This document shows positions 36,674-46,811 of a stretch of DNA of 64,000 nt, in pieces. The notes beneath the pieces are model-generated. The model saw only the letters and a program-made list of their open reading frames with translations, was not told where the DNA came from and did no database searches. Numbering within the stretch: position 1 is the stretch's first letter; the number at the start of each line of letters is the position of its first letter. The stretch is from a virus (taxonomy: Duplodnaviria > Caudoviricetes). A program made the translations under genes and the position numbers. The stretch lies in IMG/VR virus record IMGVR_UViG_2932588108_000002, positions 1 through 64,000 of that record. The stretch is one strand, 5' to 3'.

Positions 36674-36699
36674 CGACATCGGTCCCCGCTACGCAGGGG

Positions 36700-37173
36700 T
36701 CATGCCTTGCGTGCCCAGTAGTCAGCCAGCATCTCGCCCGGCCAGGCGGGCTCATGGACAGTGCCTCGCGGACCCATCTCGGCGAAGTACGGCGACAGGT
36801 CATAGATCTTCGTGCCGACGACTGCGTCCAGATCGGTCACGCGCAGTGTGAGTCCGTCGACCTTGAGCAGTCGGGGGAAGCTCTGCGCTAGTTGGTTGGG
36901 GCGCCGGTGATTGCGGTGCGCGAACGTCCCGGTTGCCGGCCACTCTGTGTTCCCGCGTGGGCTCCGGGCGTGGTATTCGACGTCGTCGGGCGAGGCCAGG
37001 TTGAAGTGCCACACCACTACCAGGTGGGAGAACTCCCCGAGGCCCTGCACGGAGTCGAGCGGAAACTCGGCCTCGTCGAGCTGGATCACTGACTCGATGC
37101 CGCCCCAGTAATCGTCAGCGACCTCGGTGCGACCTTCGACGACTTCCCCGATCGGCTTGATCTCCAAGGTCAT
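36700..37173 (-). CDS. TrmO/TsaA-like SAM-binding methyltransferase family protein
   Basis: IKPIG.V, GLGEFSHL.VVW.F, GTFAHR...RPN, DLDAVVGT.IYDL.PY. Confidence 0.85.
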   Translation of the reverse strand: MTLEIKPIGEVVEGRTEVADDYWGGIESVIQLDEAEFPLDSVQGLGEFSHLVVVWHFNLASPDDVEYHARSPRGNTEWPATGTFAHRNHRRPNQLAQSFPRLLKVDGLTLRVTDLDAVVGTKIYDLSPYFAEMGPRGTVHEPAWPGEMLADYWARKA

Positions 37174-37210
37174 GCCCCAGCCCTTCGTCTTTGCCTCAAT
37201 GACGTTGCGA

Positions 37211-38602
37211 TCAATCTACTTGGGCGAGGTACGAGGCTGCACGGGCGTCGAGCACGCCTACCGCTGGGATGCCGCGCTTGCGGTAGGGCGACAACAGGTG
37301 GCGCATGTCGACGACTGTCTGCCGGGCCCGGCCGGAGTAGATGCCGTCCTCCATCGCGTCGAGGACGTTGATCCATGTCGCGCAGGCTTCTTCGACGCCG
37401 CCTTGGGCGATTTGCGTTGCGCCCATGTACCCGAGGGTGACCGCGTGTGTGCGCCTGAACGCTGCGCCGCGAGTTCGCACGGAGCGACGGAACTGCTTGA
37501 CCGCCCGTCGGTGGTCACCGAGGTCCCGCAGAGTGCATGCGGTTTCGTGCGCCAAGGAAGCCTCCCCGAAGAAGAAGGTCCGATCCGGCTCCCTGATCCC
37601 GTCGTGGGCGTTCGACAGGTCGTCCTCGGCCCGAAGCAGCGCCCGCGCTGCCTCCTCCTTGTGGCCGCTCGCGGCGAGGGTCCGCGCGTGCACGACGCCG
37701 AGGAGCGCTCGCTCGCGGGGTGTGGCGGCTGCGTACCGCTCGCCGTGTACCGAAGCCTGCGCGATCTGGAGGGCTTCGCTGCGAAAGCCCAGGTCGAGCG
37801 CCTGGTGCGCCATGGCACGCAAGATGTGTCCGCTCAGGGGTGCGTCGCCTGACCGGGCAGCGAGCTTCACCGCGGTGTTGAAGCGCTGGAGCGCAACCGC
37901 ATGCTCGCCGTTATCGAAGGCCATCCAGCCCGACACGTACGCAAGCTCGGCGGAGGCGGAGAACATGGCACGTCGGGTCGCGTCGTCGGCGAACCGGCCC
38001 CGAAGAAAGTCGTGGGCCTCATGCTTCAGGTACTCGTCGACCGCCCAGCGGCCGTGGCCGCCACCACGCCGCTGGTCCATGCGCGAGAAGGCCAGGGTCA
38101 GCTCGCGCACGGTCTCGACGTCGCCGCGACCGACCCGTTTGCCCACCGAGGGCTCCTCGGCCAGCGGCCTCGACATCGCGTCCCACCACGTCTCCTCGGG
38201 AAGGATCAGGGCCGCCGCGGAGTAGACCCCACCCGTCAGCAGTCGACGCCGGTCCGTGTCCACGCCACTCCCCAAGTCGTTCAGCGCGATCAACGGATCA
38301 ACGCGCCAGTCCAGCGCCCCCTGCGCTGGTGAGGTGGAAGCTGCGAACCCGATCTCTTGTGGCGTGATCTCACGCTTCAAACGACGGGACAGCGCCTGGC
38401 ACAAGATAGCGGGCGCGATTCCCGACGGCTCGGTGCCTCCCACCCACATGCTGACGTGGGAGCGTCCGATCTTGGAGTTCTCCCGCACGTCACCGTTCAG
38501 TGTCTCGACGGCGACCCGGTTGTACGCAGCGGCGGCTTGCGCTCGTGACCAGCCCGCATCCAGGAGGAGTGCGGCCAGCCGCTCGTTTCTCTCGCGCGCC
38601 AT
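37211..38602 (-). CDS. Streptomyces XRE/TPR-like transcriptional regulator (NsdA-like)
   Basis: RNERLAALL..AGWS...HVSMWVGG..P; DQRRGGGH; GWMAFD.G; helical repeats. Confidence 0.85.
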   Translation of the reverse strand: MARERNERLAALLLDAGWSRAQAAAAYNRVAVETLNGDVRENSKIGRSHVSMWVGGTEPSGIAPAILCQALSRRLKREITPQEIGFAASTSPAQGALDWRVDPLIALNDLGSGVDTDRRRLLTGGVYSAAALILPEETWWDAMSRPLAEEPSVGKRVGRGDVETVRELTLAFSRMDQRRGGGHGRWAVDEYLKHEAHDFLRGRFADDATRRAMFSASAELAYVSGWMAFDNGEHAVALQRFNTAVKLAARSGDAPLSGHILRAMAHQALDLGFRSEALQIAQASVHGERYAAATPRERALLGVVHARTLAASGHKEEAARALLRAEDDLSNAHDGIREPDRTFFFGEASLAHETACTLRDLGDHRRAVKQFRRSVRTRGAAFRRTHAVTLGYMGATQIAQGGVEEACATWINVLDAMEDGIYSGRARQTVVDMRHLLSPYRKRGIPAVGVLDARAASYLAQVD

Positions 38603-38777
38603 CCTGCGCCCCCGCCGCTGAAAACGATCTTTGACCACGTTGACCGGACCCGCCCCGGCAGCAGCTCGGGGACGGGTGCAGATCCAACGTAGTGCTCAAC
38701 TGCCTCTTGGCGCAGCCGAGGTGGCGGAAAGCCACCCTGGCCGCCTCACGGTGAGGAGTTCATCCGCTCGCTGACGT

Positions 38778-39599
38778 TCAGCTCAGGGAGGCCAGCAGAT
38801 CGGAGGCCGCAGCCTCCATGGCCCCGGTCAGCGGCCCCGCCTTCCCCGTCCGTCGGTACGCCCGCGCCACGTTCGCGCACAGCATCAGCCGTGACAGCTG
38901 ACCGGTCCGAGTGTTGAGGACGTCGGCGAACTCGTTGAGGACACGCGCGGCCAGGGCGGGGACCGACAGCGAGGCTGACCACAGACAGGCCGCGTCCCAG
39001 CCGGCGGGCGCCAGCCCCCAGTCCTCCCAATCGAGCAGCGTGAGCGGGGCGGCGGTCAGGTTGGCGTATCCGACGTCGCCGTGTGCGCACGTCCACTCCG
39101 CCACTGTCGTGTCGACCTGGTCGCCGTACACCTCCCCAATCCGCCTGGAGAGGTGGCCCTGCTGGACGCATACCCGGCTCGTTTCGTGCAGGGCCAGGTT
39201 CTCGAGCGCCGTACGCAGGTCGGCCCACCAGGCGTCTGTCAGGCCCGGGTCGCGGTCGACGGTGCCGGCCGGCGAGAGCGCCGGGGCGGCGGCGAGGCTC
39301 ATCTCATCGACCCGCCACACCACCCCCCGGCCCTCGTCGTGCCACATTGAGCCCGCGAACCAGTTCGGTCGCGGCACGCCTTCGATCGCGACGGATGCCT
39401 CCAGTCCGGTCCACGACTGCGCGCTGAACGCGCCGGGCCGCACCCACGCCAGCCGCACCCACGTGCCCGCCGACGTCCGGAACCCGGCCGTCCCGTTGTA
39501 CTTGGAGTAGTGGGCACGGTCGCGGTCGAGGACGCGGCCGGTACGCTTCTCCGCTTCGGCAAGGACGTCCTCGTGGCTGATGGTCGACAGGTCATCCAT
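38778..39599 (-). CDS. APH/kinase-like phosphotransferase
   Basis: Brenner motif AHGDVGYANL and LLDWEDWG.APAGWD. Confidence 0.8.
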   Translation of the reverse strand: MDDLSTISHEDVLAEAEKRTGRVLDRDRAHYSKYNGTAGFRTSAGTWVRLAWVRPGAFSAQSWTGLEASVAIEGVPRPNWFAGSMWHDEGRGVVWRVDEMSLAAAPALSPAGTVDRDPGLTDAWWADLRTALENLALHETSRVCVQQGHLSRRIGEVYGDQVDTTVAEWTCAHGDVGYANLTAAPLTLLDWEDWGLAPAGWDAACLWSASLSVPALAARVLNEFADVLNTRTGQLSRLMLCANVARAYRRTGKAGPLTGAMEAAASDLLASLS

Positions 39600-40434
39600 G
39601 GTGGGCTGCACGGGCGGCCTCCTCTCTGCGTCCGGCCCGTTCCCGTAGCAGTGTGCGGTAGGCGTGAACCGTCTGCATGCTGGCCGCGATGCGGGTAGCG
39701 GCGGCGAGCTCGGCGAGGTGGTCCGGCTGGGAAGTTCCCACGGCGATCCTGCTGACGGAGGGGACGGCGAACGCTGCTGCCAGCCTGGCCTGGACGCTCG
39801 ATACGGCTGGCTGCCCTGGTTCGAGGAACAAGCCGGTGTCGACGCCGGACCAGACCGGATCTGATGGGTCGCCCGCAAAGGGTGCCATACCCCACACCGC
39901 CCTGCCACTTAGCTCGTGGGCAAGGTTCTCGGCGGCGTCGAGGACCGGGCCGGGCACGGCCAGCCCAGCCCGCACCATCACCACATCTGGCCGTACGGGT
40001 ACCCCGGCCGCGACGGGGGCCAGGGGCAGCGGGTTCCACGTGGCGACACCCCAGGCCCGGCAAAGGCCCGCTGCCTGGCAGGCGGCGAGCGTCTCGCACG
40101 CGACTGCGAACCGTTCTGGATCGTGCTCGGGGTTGTGCAGAAGCACCGTGTCGGGCACCCGGCCGAGGGCTTCCCCTGCCTCGGCTACGGCGGCCCTCAG
40201 CCGGTCCGGGTCGAGGTCGTGGCCGTCGGGGAAGTACCCCACTTTGGTCGACACCTCGAACCGCTCAAGGAGTTCGCCCGCCTCACTCGCAAGCGCCCGG
40301 TGTCCGTCGTACCCGCTGTAGTTGTAGGCCGTATCGACTGCGGTGATACCGGCCTCTAGAGCCCGTTCGAGGACAGCACGGGAGGGACCAGACCGGTATA
40401 GCCCGAGGACAATTCGTCGGTCAGCTCCGCGCAC
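39592..40434 (-). CDS. Aldo/keto reductase
   Basis: VDTAYNY, STKVG, LLHNPE, WGVATW, VGTS...HL.E. Confidence 0.88.
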   Translation of the reverse strand: MRGADRRIVLGLYRSGPSRAVLERALEAGITAVDTAYNYSGYDGHRALASEAGELLERFEVSTKVGYFPDGHDLDPDRLRAAVAEAGEALGRVPDTVLLHNPEHDPERFAVACETLAACQAAGLCRAWGVATWNPLPLAPVAAGVPVRPDVVMVRAGLAVPGPVLDAAENLAHELSGRAVWGMAPFAGDPSDPVWSGVDTGLFLEPGQPAVSSVQARLAAAFAVPSVSRIAVGTSQPDHLAELAAATRIAASMQTVHAYRTLLRERAGRREEAARAAHHG

Positions 40435-41579
40435 AGCCCCTCCCGGATCAGGATGTCGGCGAGTTCCCCAGCGTTGACGCCTGTCTCAATGCCTGCTTGC
40501 TCGATCTCCACCGGCGCGCCGGACAGGAATAAGCGCAGTGCGGGCAGGGCCTTGCCATGGAAGGTGAGGCGCTTGCCCGTGGCGGTGACGGTGACGTGTT
40601 CGCCGTCCGGCTCAACGAGCGGCGGGAACTCGGTCACGCACACCACGGCGGTCGGCGGCCCGAACAGGCCGGAGGTCTGCACGTGCCGGGCCGCCGTGCG
40701 CTCTTGCTCGCGGGTGGCAAGGAAGGCAGCCGGAGGGAACTCCTCGACCAGTCGGGCGGTCGCGGCCGCGAGCGCGGCGGTCTGCTCAGACTTGCCTTCC
40801 GCCGTGCCCCACCGGTCCAGGTCCGTACGGAACGTCTCCTCGCGCCGGCACTGGTCGACCAGCCACGTCAGCCAGTTCACTCCCGTGCGCTTCACGAACC
40901 CGAACGTCAAGTGCAGGCTGTACCCGTCGCCGCTGTCGGTACGGGTGGCCTGGTGCCAGTGGCCTCGGGGTATGTGCATGACGTCCCCGGCCTTGAGCGT
41001 CCCCCGCCATATGGACTGCTCCGGCGGGGTGTTGTTTGGCTCGGCGTCCCGGTACATCGGCACCGGTCGGGACACACCACGCACGTCCCACGACTTCTCA
41101 CCGGCCACCTGCATGATCACTACGTCATGGTCGTCCCAGTGCAACGCGAACCCAGCCGCGTCCTGGGTCGTGAGGTAGGCGTTCACCTGGACGAGCTCGC
41201 GGGACCACCACTGCAATGCCCGGCAGGCGACCTCAAGGGTGGGGTCAAAGAAGTCGAGTTCGTCGAGGACCAGAGTGCAGCCCTCGCGCATCAGCGCCCC
41301 AAGGCGCGTCATGTTCGCGAAGCGGATGCCCTGCCCGCGGCGGGTGACGGTGTCGGTGAAGTATTCGCCGGGGTGAAGCTCACGCCCGTCCTGGAACGCC
41401 CGGAACTGGGGGTGGGATAGGCCGCGCCGCATCACGGTGTCGAGAAGCCGGACCGGGGTCATCAGCCTCGGGAGAAGGGCTGGGGTGGGGATGCTGCCCC
41501 TGGTGAACGCGGAGCCCATGGGGGTCGGGCCGTCCCAACCGAGCGCGGATTCGATGGCGTGAACAAGCTGGTGCTGCAC
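40356..41579 (-). CDS. JmjC/cupin 2-oxoglutarate-Fe(II) oxygenase (YcfD/ROXA-like)
   Basis: VNAYLT..AGFALHWDDHDV..Q..GEK.W, L.AGDV.HIPRGHWHQA, SLHLT. Confidence 0.92.
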   Translation of the reverse strand: MQHQLVHAIESALGWDGPTPMGSAFTRGSIPTPALLPRLMTPVRLLDTVMRRGLSHPQFRAFQDGRELHPGEYFTDTVTRRGQGIRFANMTRLGALMREGCTLVLDELDFFDPTLEVACRALQWWSRELVQVNAYLTTQDAAGFALHWDDHDVVIMQVAGEKSWDVRGVSRPVPMYRDAEPNNTPPEQSIWRGTLKAGDVMHIPRGHWHQATRTDSGDGYSLHLTFGFVKRTGVNWLTWLVDQCRREETFRTDLDRWGTAEGKSEQTAALAAATARLVEEFPPAAFLATREQERTAARHVQTSGLFGPPTAVVCVTEFPPLVEPDGEHVTVTATGKRLTFHGKALPALRLFLSGAPVEIEQAGIETGVNAGELADILIREGLCAELTDELSSGYTGLVPPVLSSNGL

Positions 41580-41604
41580 ATGTCCTCCGGGAAGCGTGAG
41601 GGGG

Positions 41605-41633
41605 TGGGCCCGCCGCAGACCACGGCGGGCCCA
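41605..41633 (-). terminator. Stem-loop between the peptide gene and the JmjC gene
   Basis: TGGGCCCGCCG-CAGACCA-CGGCGGGCCCA, 11-bp perfect stem. Confidence 0.6.
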
Positions 41634-41651
41634 GGTGCGGAGAAGCGGCGC

Positions 41652-41822
41652 CTACGCCTCGGGGTGGTTCAGGCCGTCGCGGTTCTCTCCGTCGTCCCCG
41701 GCGGAGGTTCCGGTGGGGTCGGACTCCTGAGTGTCGAAGCGGTCCTGCACACGGGCCAGTTGCTCGACGGCGATCAGGAGCCCGGACTCGCCGACGCTGC
41801 TGGACGGTTCTCGGTTGGCCAT
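41652..41822 (-). CDS. 56-aa acidic peptide, putative RiPP precursor (absent from the ORF track)
   Basis: Manual translation MANREPSSSVGESGLLIAVEQLARVQDRFDTQESDPTGTSAGDDGENRDGLNHPEA; GAGGA RBS; first gene of the JmjC operon. Confidence 0.7.
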   Translation of the reverse strand: MANREPSSSVGESGLLIAVEQLARVQDRFDTQESDPTGTSAGDDGENRDGLNHPEA

Positions 41823-41995
41823 GGTCGTCCTCGCTCACTTCCGGTGAAGGGGGCTAATGACGTGCTGTGGTGCCCTGGAACCCTGCCTTCTCGAACGTAT
41901 GTACGCAAGGTGTGAATGAGCCCGCGCCGGGCGGTCTAGGCGAGCCGAGGTGCCCCGTGATACCCACACGCATGGGCGCTCCTACAGGTACGCCC

Positions 41996-42535
41996 TCAGC
42001 CGCGCAGATTCTTGACCATGACCGCGTACACCGGAGAGTCGGCGAAGGGCTGCTGCTCGCCGGCCTTGTGGTAGCCCCATGTCTCGTACATGTCCTGCAC
42101 CTTCGGGTGGGTCACGTCGACCAGGAGCACGGCCAAGTCCTCGCCGCGCCGGCTCAGCAGCGCTTCGTGTAGCCGCTCGGAGATACCCTGCTTGCGCCAC
42201 TTCGGGCGCACCATGACCTCGGAGACCGCGTACGTCGCGGTGTAGCCGTTGTTCGGCTTGAAGGAGGTGGAGCGCCACCACTCGCGGCCGGGCTGCAGCG
42301 GGGCGCCGTACGCGAACCCGGTCGGCTCCTCGCCCTCGAACGCGACGACGCAGGTGAAGCCATTCATCGCAGACCAGTGGTCGACGAACCAGGGGAACCG
42401 CTGGTTGAACTCGTTATCCATGGCGTCGGCGTAAGAGTCGGCGTGCACGTCGATCAGCATTTGCCTGAAGCCTTCGGGGAGGCTTCCGTGGTTGTAGTGG
42501 CGCAGGTCGATCAGCCTGGTCACGCTCGACTCCAT
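41996..42535 (-). CDS. GNAT family N-acetyltransferase
   Basis: GFAYG.PL, EVMVRPKWRKQGIS..LH..LL, Y..WGY. Confidence 0.88.
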   Translation of the reverse strand: MESSVTRLIDLRHYNHGSLPEGFRQMLIDVHADSYADAMDNEFNQRFPWFVDHWSAMNGFTCVVAFEGEEPTGFAYGAPLQPGREWWRSTSFKPNNGYTATYAVSEVMVRPKWRKQGISERLHEALLSRRGEDLAVLLVDVTHPKVQDMYETWGYHKAGEQQPFADSPVYAVMVKNLRG

Positions 42536-43773
42536 TCTTCTCGCATACGGTCTGCCCAGTCGCGGGCGTACGCCGTGGACGGCGCCATCCGGAACAGGTC
42601 TCGGTGGAAGTCTCCGATCAGGGTGCGCATGCGTCCAGGGAGCGGAGCGCCGTCCATGATCTGGAAGACGGTGGCCGCGGTCGCTGTGGCCTGCTCGGGC
42701 TCGCCTTGCCGTAGCTGGGCGAGCGCGAGCTGACACGTTGCCAAGGCGCGGTTGCGTTGGAACTCTGCCGGGATCTTGGCGAGCGCGCGGTGGGCCATCG
42801 CCTCGGCGTCGGCGGACTCCCCGTTGTGGTTGAGGATGATGGCCGCGAGGTGGTTGAGCTCGGCCGGGCCGTAGAACGCGGTCCAGCGCGGGCGGTCGTC
42901 CTCGACGGCCTTCCGAAGGGTCTCTTGCGCCGAACCGAGGGCCCTCTTGGCGGCCTGGGGGTCACCCATCGACGAATGGGCGAGAGCGAGGCGCACGCGG
43001 CCCATGGAGCTGAAGAAGGGATCGCTGCGTGCCGCCTTTGACGCATTGGCCGCCTGGGCGGCTGCAAGCTGTTCCGGCCAGTTCTTCCGCTGGTAGGCGA
43101 GCATCGCGACGTTGATCCATACCCGCATCCCCGTCGGGGCGTCTTGGGACAGGCCCGCGAAGGTGGTGGCCTCGTGGAGGTGTGCCTGAGCCGTGTCCAA
43201 ATCGCGCAGGTCGATGCATGCCCAGGCCGCGATGGTCGTGTACTCGGCGGCGAGCGCGTACAGGGCGCGGCGCACGGTCTCGCTGGCGTTCTGCTGCTGG
43301 AGTTCCAGGATTTTGGCTCGGCCTGCGAGGGCTGCGGCGGCGAGGGATCGGTGTCCGCCCTGGCGGTCGTCGGCTTCTACGAGTTTGTTCATGCCGGCGG
43401 ACGCTCGGGCCACGTCCGTCATGCCGACCGAGCGCCGCTGTCTCCCAACGGACAAAGCGGCGGTCGCCGTTCCTGTGGTGGCAACGATGAAGTCGCGACG
43501 CCGCACGGGGTCCTCCGGAGGATGGTGCATGGAGCTGGGAGCGCTGAACCCTAAGTCCGCCACCGGGCAGCCGAACACACGCTCAAGTGCTACGCAAGTG
43601 CGGCCGATTGGGCGCCGGGTCGTCCCGTTGAGCAGGTTCCGGATTGTGCGTGACGACATGTCTCCCGTTCTGCCGGTGACCTCCGACAGCGCCTGGTTAC
43701 AGCGATCCGCCAACTCATCCTGAGTTAAGCCGAGTTCATCCATCCGCTTCTGAAGGATGACGTTCGCTCCCAT
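42520..43773 (-). CDS. XRE-family HTH regulator with C-terminal helical repeats
   Basis: LGLTQDELA...SRTIRNLL.G...P...ALE.VFG....LGF; DDRQGG. Confidence 0.88.
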   Translation of the reverse strand: MGANVILQKRMDELGLTQDELADRCNQALSEVTGRTGDMSSRTIRNLLNGTTRRPIGRTCVALERVFGCPVADLGFSAPSSMHHPPEDPVRRRDFIVATTGTATAALSVGRQRRSVGMTDVARASAGMNKLVEADDRQGGHRSLAAAALAGRAKILELQQQNASETVRRALYALAAEYTTIAAWACIDLRDLDTAQAHLHEATTFAGLSQDAPTGMRVWINVAMLAYQRKNWPEQLAAAQAANASKAARSDPFFSSMGRVRLALAHSSMGDPQAAKRALGSAQETLRKAVEDDRPRWTAFYGPAELNHLAAIILNHNGESADAEAMAHRALAKIPAEFQRNRALATCQLALAQLRQGEPEQATATAATVFQIMDGAPLPGRMRTLIGDFHRDLFRMAPSTAYARDWADRMREEWSRA

Positions 43774-44186
43774 GCACTGAAAGTAGTACCGCCACCCTTG
43801 TACTGCCCAGAACCAAGGTAACGGGAACGCAAAGTCTTCCGGTCTGCGGTGATGCACGGACCCGGAACCCTTCCTGTTCCCCCATCACCGAGCGTCGTTG
43901 ACTGAACATCAGCCGTCACGCCGGCTCGGCATGACGACATGGAGGGCAGCTCCGCTCTGCGTCTCGCGTCGAACTGGGCGCCCTCAGATGATCTTTGATC
44001 ACCTTGACCACCTCCAGCCCCTTGACCCCATGCCAATCGCACCGGTTAAGCGGTTCGCTCTTGTAGGCCAGCTACTCGACGAGCGGGAGCACCCCACATG
44101 AACTCCTCTACTGGCAGGTCCACCCCCGTGATTGCCTTACGACTGGGCGGCATCGGCCCGCAGTTGCGCAGTGGGACTGGCTCCCG

Positions 44187-44621
44187 ATGAGCCCCGCCAC
44201 AGCCGTCGCCACGCTCGCTGCAGAACTGCTGCAACGGACCGCCCGCGGCTTCGCGGTGGCTTTCACGCCGAAGGAAGACCGTGTCGGGCGCATGCGCCGG
44301 ATCACGGTCGCGCACCTGCGGCTGTGGCGGGTGGCTGGGCCGATCGCGGACGACATCGTGCTCGCTGTCTCCGAGCTCGTGACCAACGCCGTCCAGCACG
44401 GCGATGGCGACGTCGCCTTGGAGGTCCTCTACACCGACGATGAGGTGCGGGTCGAAGTCACGGACGGTAGCCCGGAGCCCGCTCAGCTCAGCAGTGCTCA
44501 GCCCGGCGACGTCTCCGGCCGGGGCCTTTTCATCGTCGCCGTCCTCTCCCTGGAATGGGGTGTGAGTGACGACGGCCGTAAGACCTGGGCCCGGTTCCGC
44601 GTCCCCGCGGGGAGGCCGTGA
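44187..44621 (+). CDS. HATPase_c anti-sigma-like ATP-binding protein
   Basis: LAVSELVTNAVQHG, EVTDG, SGRGLFIV..L...WG. Confidence 0.9.
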   Translation: MSPATAVATLAAELLQRTARGFAVAFTPKEDRVGRMRRITVAHLRLWRVAGPIADDIVLAVSELVTNAVQHGDGDVALEVLYTDDEVRVEVTDGSPEPAQLSSAQPGDVSGRGLFIVAVLSLEWGVSDDGRKTWARFRVPAGRP

Positions 44622-45037
44622 TGATGACCACGCGCCCGCGCCCCGCCCCCGAGCCATGGACTCCTCCTCACGACGCCGACGTACTGGCGGCTTTCGCTGG
44701 CCGGCTGAAGGTCTGGAAGCCACTCGATGTGGAAGCGCTTCTGGACGACGTCGCAGATGCCTTGGACGACTTACCGCCCACCGCGATGGACGTGCCGGAT
44801 CTACTTCAGCGCCTCCAGGCCCATCTCGGCCAGCTCGCGACCATCTCAATCGCCAACGAGGCCAGCGAGAAGGAAGACGACGTTGCCCGCCTGCTCGTCC
44901 GCGGCGAGACCCTGCGGGCCTCTCCCCTTCCATCCGAGCCCGCCAAGGCCCAGGGGCACCTGCGCCAGGTCGGTTGGGTCGTCAACGAACTCGTTGAACG
45001 GCTCGTCGAGGCCCAGTACATGAAGGGAACGGAATGA
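44618..45037 (+). CDS. DUF6415-like helical protein
   Basis: W.P.D...LLDD...L...L..HL..L pattern typical of Streptomyces RiPP-adjacent genes (recognised by eye). Confidence 0.6.
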   Translation: MMMTTRPRPAPEPWTPPHDADVLAAFAGRLKVWKPLDVEALLDDVADALDDLPPTAMDVPDLLQRLQAHLGQLATISIANEASEKEDDVARLLVRGETLRASPLPSEPAKAQGHLRQVGWVVNELVERLVEAQYMKGTE

Positions 45038-45531
45038 GTACGGCTACGGCGTCCCGCCCCAGGCCCCATACGCGGCTCCTGGCCGCACGGGACGCGTTCG
45101 ACTACGACTACTTTCGCGAGCGGCTGGCGGACCCCGGTCTCGCCGACGCTGGCGTCGCGGTCGCACTCTTCCGCATCCCACTGCTGGCCGTCCCAGTGGG
45201 CGGCGAACGACACGGCGGATACACGAGCTTCGAGCAACTCGTGGACGCCGTTCAGGCCCGCGCGCTTCTCAGCACCGTTCCCGGCTTCCCGGACCTGCGT
45301 ATCCGCTGGTCGCCGTATCGCGACACCTGCCACACCGTCGAGTGGGGAGAACCCAGCCCCTCTTGGTGGGCGAGCGACGAGGTCTTCGGCCGCTTCTACG
45401 GCTACAGCGCCAACGCCATCGCTGTCTTCGTACGGCATCGCTCACAGACTCCCTCTCCAGAGTTCTCCGAACGTGTTCCCCCACGGCCCAGAGTCACCTG
45501 GAGGGGGCCCAACTTCTCACCGCGGAAGTGA
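45034..45531 (+). CDS. DUF6302-like protein
   Basis: RLADP.L...GVA....PLLAVPVGG.R.GG...GFP..R....CHTVEWG...GRFYGY. Confidence 0.65.
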   Translation: MSTATASRPRPHTRLLAARDAFDYDYFRERLADPGLADAGVAVALFRIPLLAVPVGGERHGGYTSFEQLVDAVQARALLSTVPGFPDLRIRWSPYRDTCHTVEWGEPSPSWWASDEVFGRFYGYSANAIAVFVRHRSQTPSPEFSERVPPRPRVTWRGPNFSPRK

Positions 45532-45583
45532 GATTCGACGCGTCGTGCTGGCAGATCGCTCATGCCCAACAAGGAGGAGAACA

Positions 45584-46051
45584 GTGACCACGACGACTGT
45601 CGCCAGGATCACCCTCGCCCCGAGGGAGCAGCAGGTCCTCGAGGGCCTGGCCGACGGGAGCACGCTGGCCGTGGTCGCGCTGGACCTCAAGATCCGCGAG
45701 GGCACGGCTGCGGGCTACCTCAAGCTCGCCAAGCGCAAGCTGTACGGCATGAGCGAGAACGCTGCCGCGCTCGCCGTCGCCTACACCACCGAAGCCATCA
45801 CCCGCCCGCAGCTCCTAGACCCCGAAGCGCTGTTCCTGCCCGATGACCAGCGTGACCTCGTGCCGCTCCTCGCCCGTGGCATGGCGGCCGCGCAGATGGC
45901 CACCGAGCTGAAACGACCGGTCGACATCATCCGCAGGGACGGCCGTGACCTCCTGACCAATCTTCGGGCCAGGAACCGCGCCCACGCCATCAAGAGGTCC
46001 TGGGAGCTTCAGGTCCTGACTGCGGAGCAGGTGGTTGCATGGCTGCGCTAA
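45584..46051 (+). CDS. Tandem LuxR-type HTH regulator
   Basis: LAPREQQVLEGLADG...VA..L.I...T...YL..AKRKL and a second LLARGM...MA..L...L.ARNRAHA. Confidence 0.85.
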   Translation: MTTTTVARITLAPREQQVLEGLADGSTLAVVALDLKIREGTAAGYLKLAKRKLYGMSENAAALAVAYTTEAITRPQLLDPEALFLPDDQRDLVPLLARGMAAAQMATELKRPVDIIRRDGRDLLTNLRARNRAHAIKRSWELQVLTAEQVVAWLR

Positions 46052-46434
46052 CCCCTTCCGTCCCGGACAAGGTTGAGGTCCTGGCGAACGTCGAGACGGT
46101 GCTCGCCTGGGACGTGAAGGGCCTTGAACGCCCGTCCCTCCAGGACGCGACGGGCATGGTCGAGCAGTTCACCGAGTTCGGCCGGACCGTCGCGGAGGAC
46201 TTGCGGACCCAGTGCCTCGGCATTCCCGCGGACTCGGAGGCCGGGCGAAGTGCACAGACCATCCTCGGCGAAGCCGACCGTCGGCTTTATGCCTCACCCC
46301 CGAACCCCCTCAGCCAACAAGCGGCCACGCACCGCGCGCAGAACCTCGCCCGGCTCGTGAAGGGCCTGCTCCGCGCTGCCGGGCAGGTCAGCGAAGAACA
46401 GGCCCGCGCTGCACCGAGACCACTACGGAGATAA
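46039..46434 (+). CDS. DUF6415-like helical protein
   Basis: LGEADRRL...RAQNLARLV..LL. Confidence 0.6.
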   Translation: MAALTPSVPDKVEVLANVETVLAWDVKGLERPSLQDATGMVEQFTEFGRTVAEDLRTQCLGIPADSEAGRSAQTILGEADRRLYASPPNPLSQQAATHRAQNLARLVKGLLRAAGQVSEEQARAAPRPLRR

Positions 46435-46811
46435 CCCCCAGGACTGGGACCTCCTCCCTGGCCATGTGGACCACCGCGCCCGTGCGCGGAGGATCCAAGG
46501 CCGTCCCCCGAGGAGGAGGTGGCGCCAAGACATCGCGCCCCGGCCGCGCTCTGTGGGGGGGGAGCAAGCAGCCGGCCCGCTCAACCGCCGCCCGTCGTCG
46601 GCGACGGGCGGGTGCACCACCCGGTAACCGGTCCTGCGAAGACGGCTCGGTGCCGGACGTCACGTGTGGGGAGGAGCCCATCTCCTCCCACCGGGTTCCT
46701 CCCCACACGAAATTGCTCAACCCCAGATGCCGGGGTCCACGCGGTTCACCGCGTGAACCGATGACTCCGGAGCCCTTGCACCATCAGCCCACTGCCCCAA
46801 GGAGGCACGTA

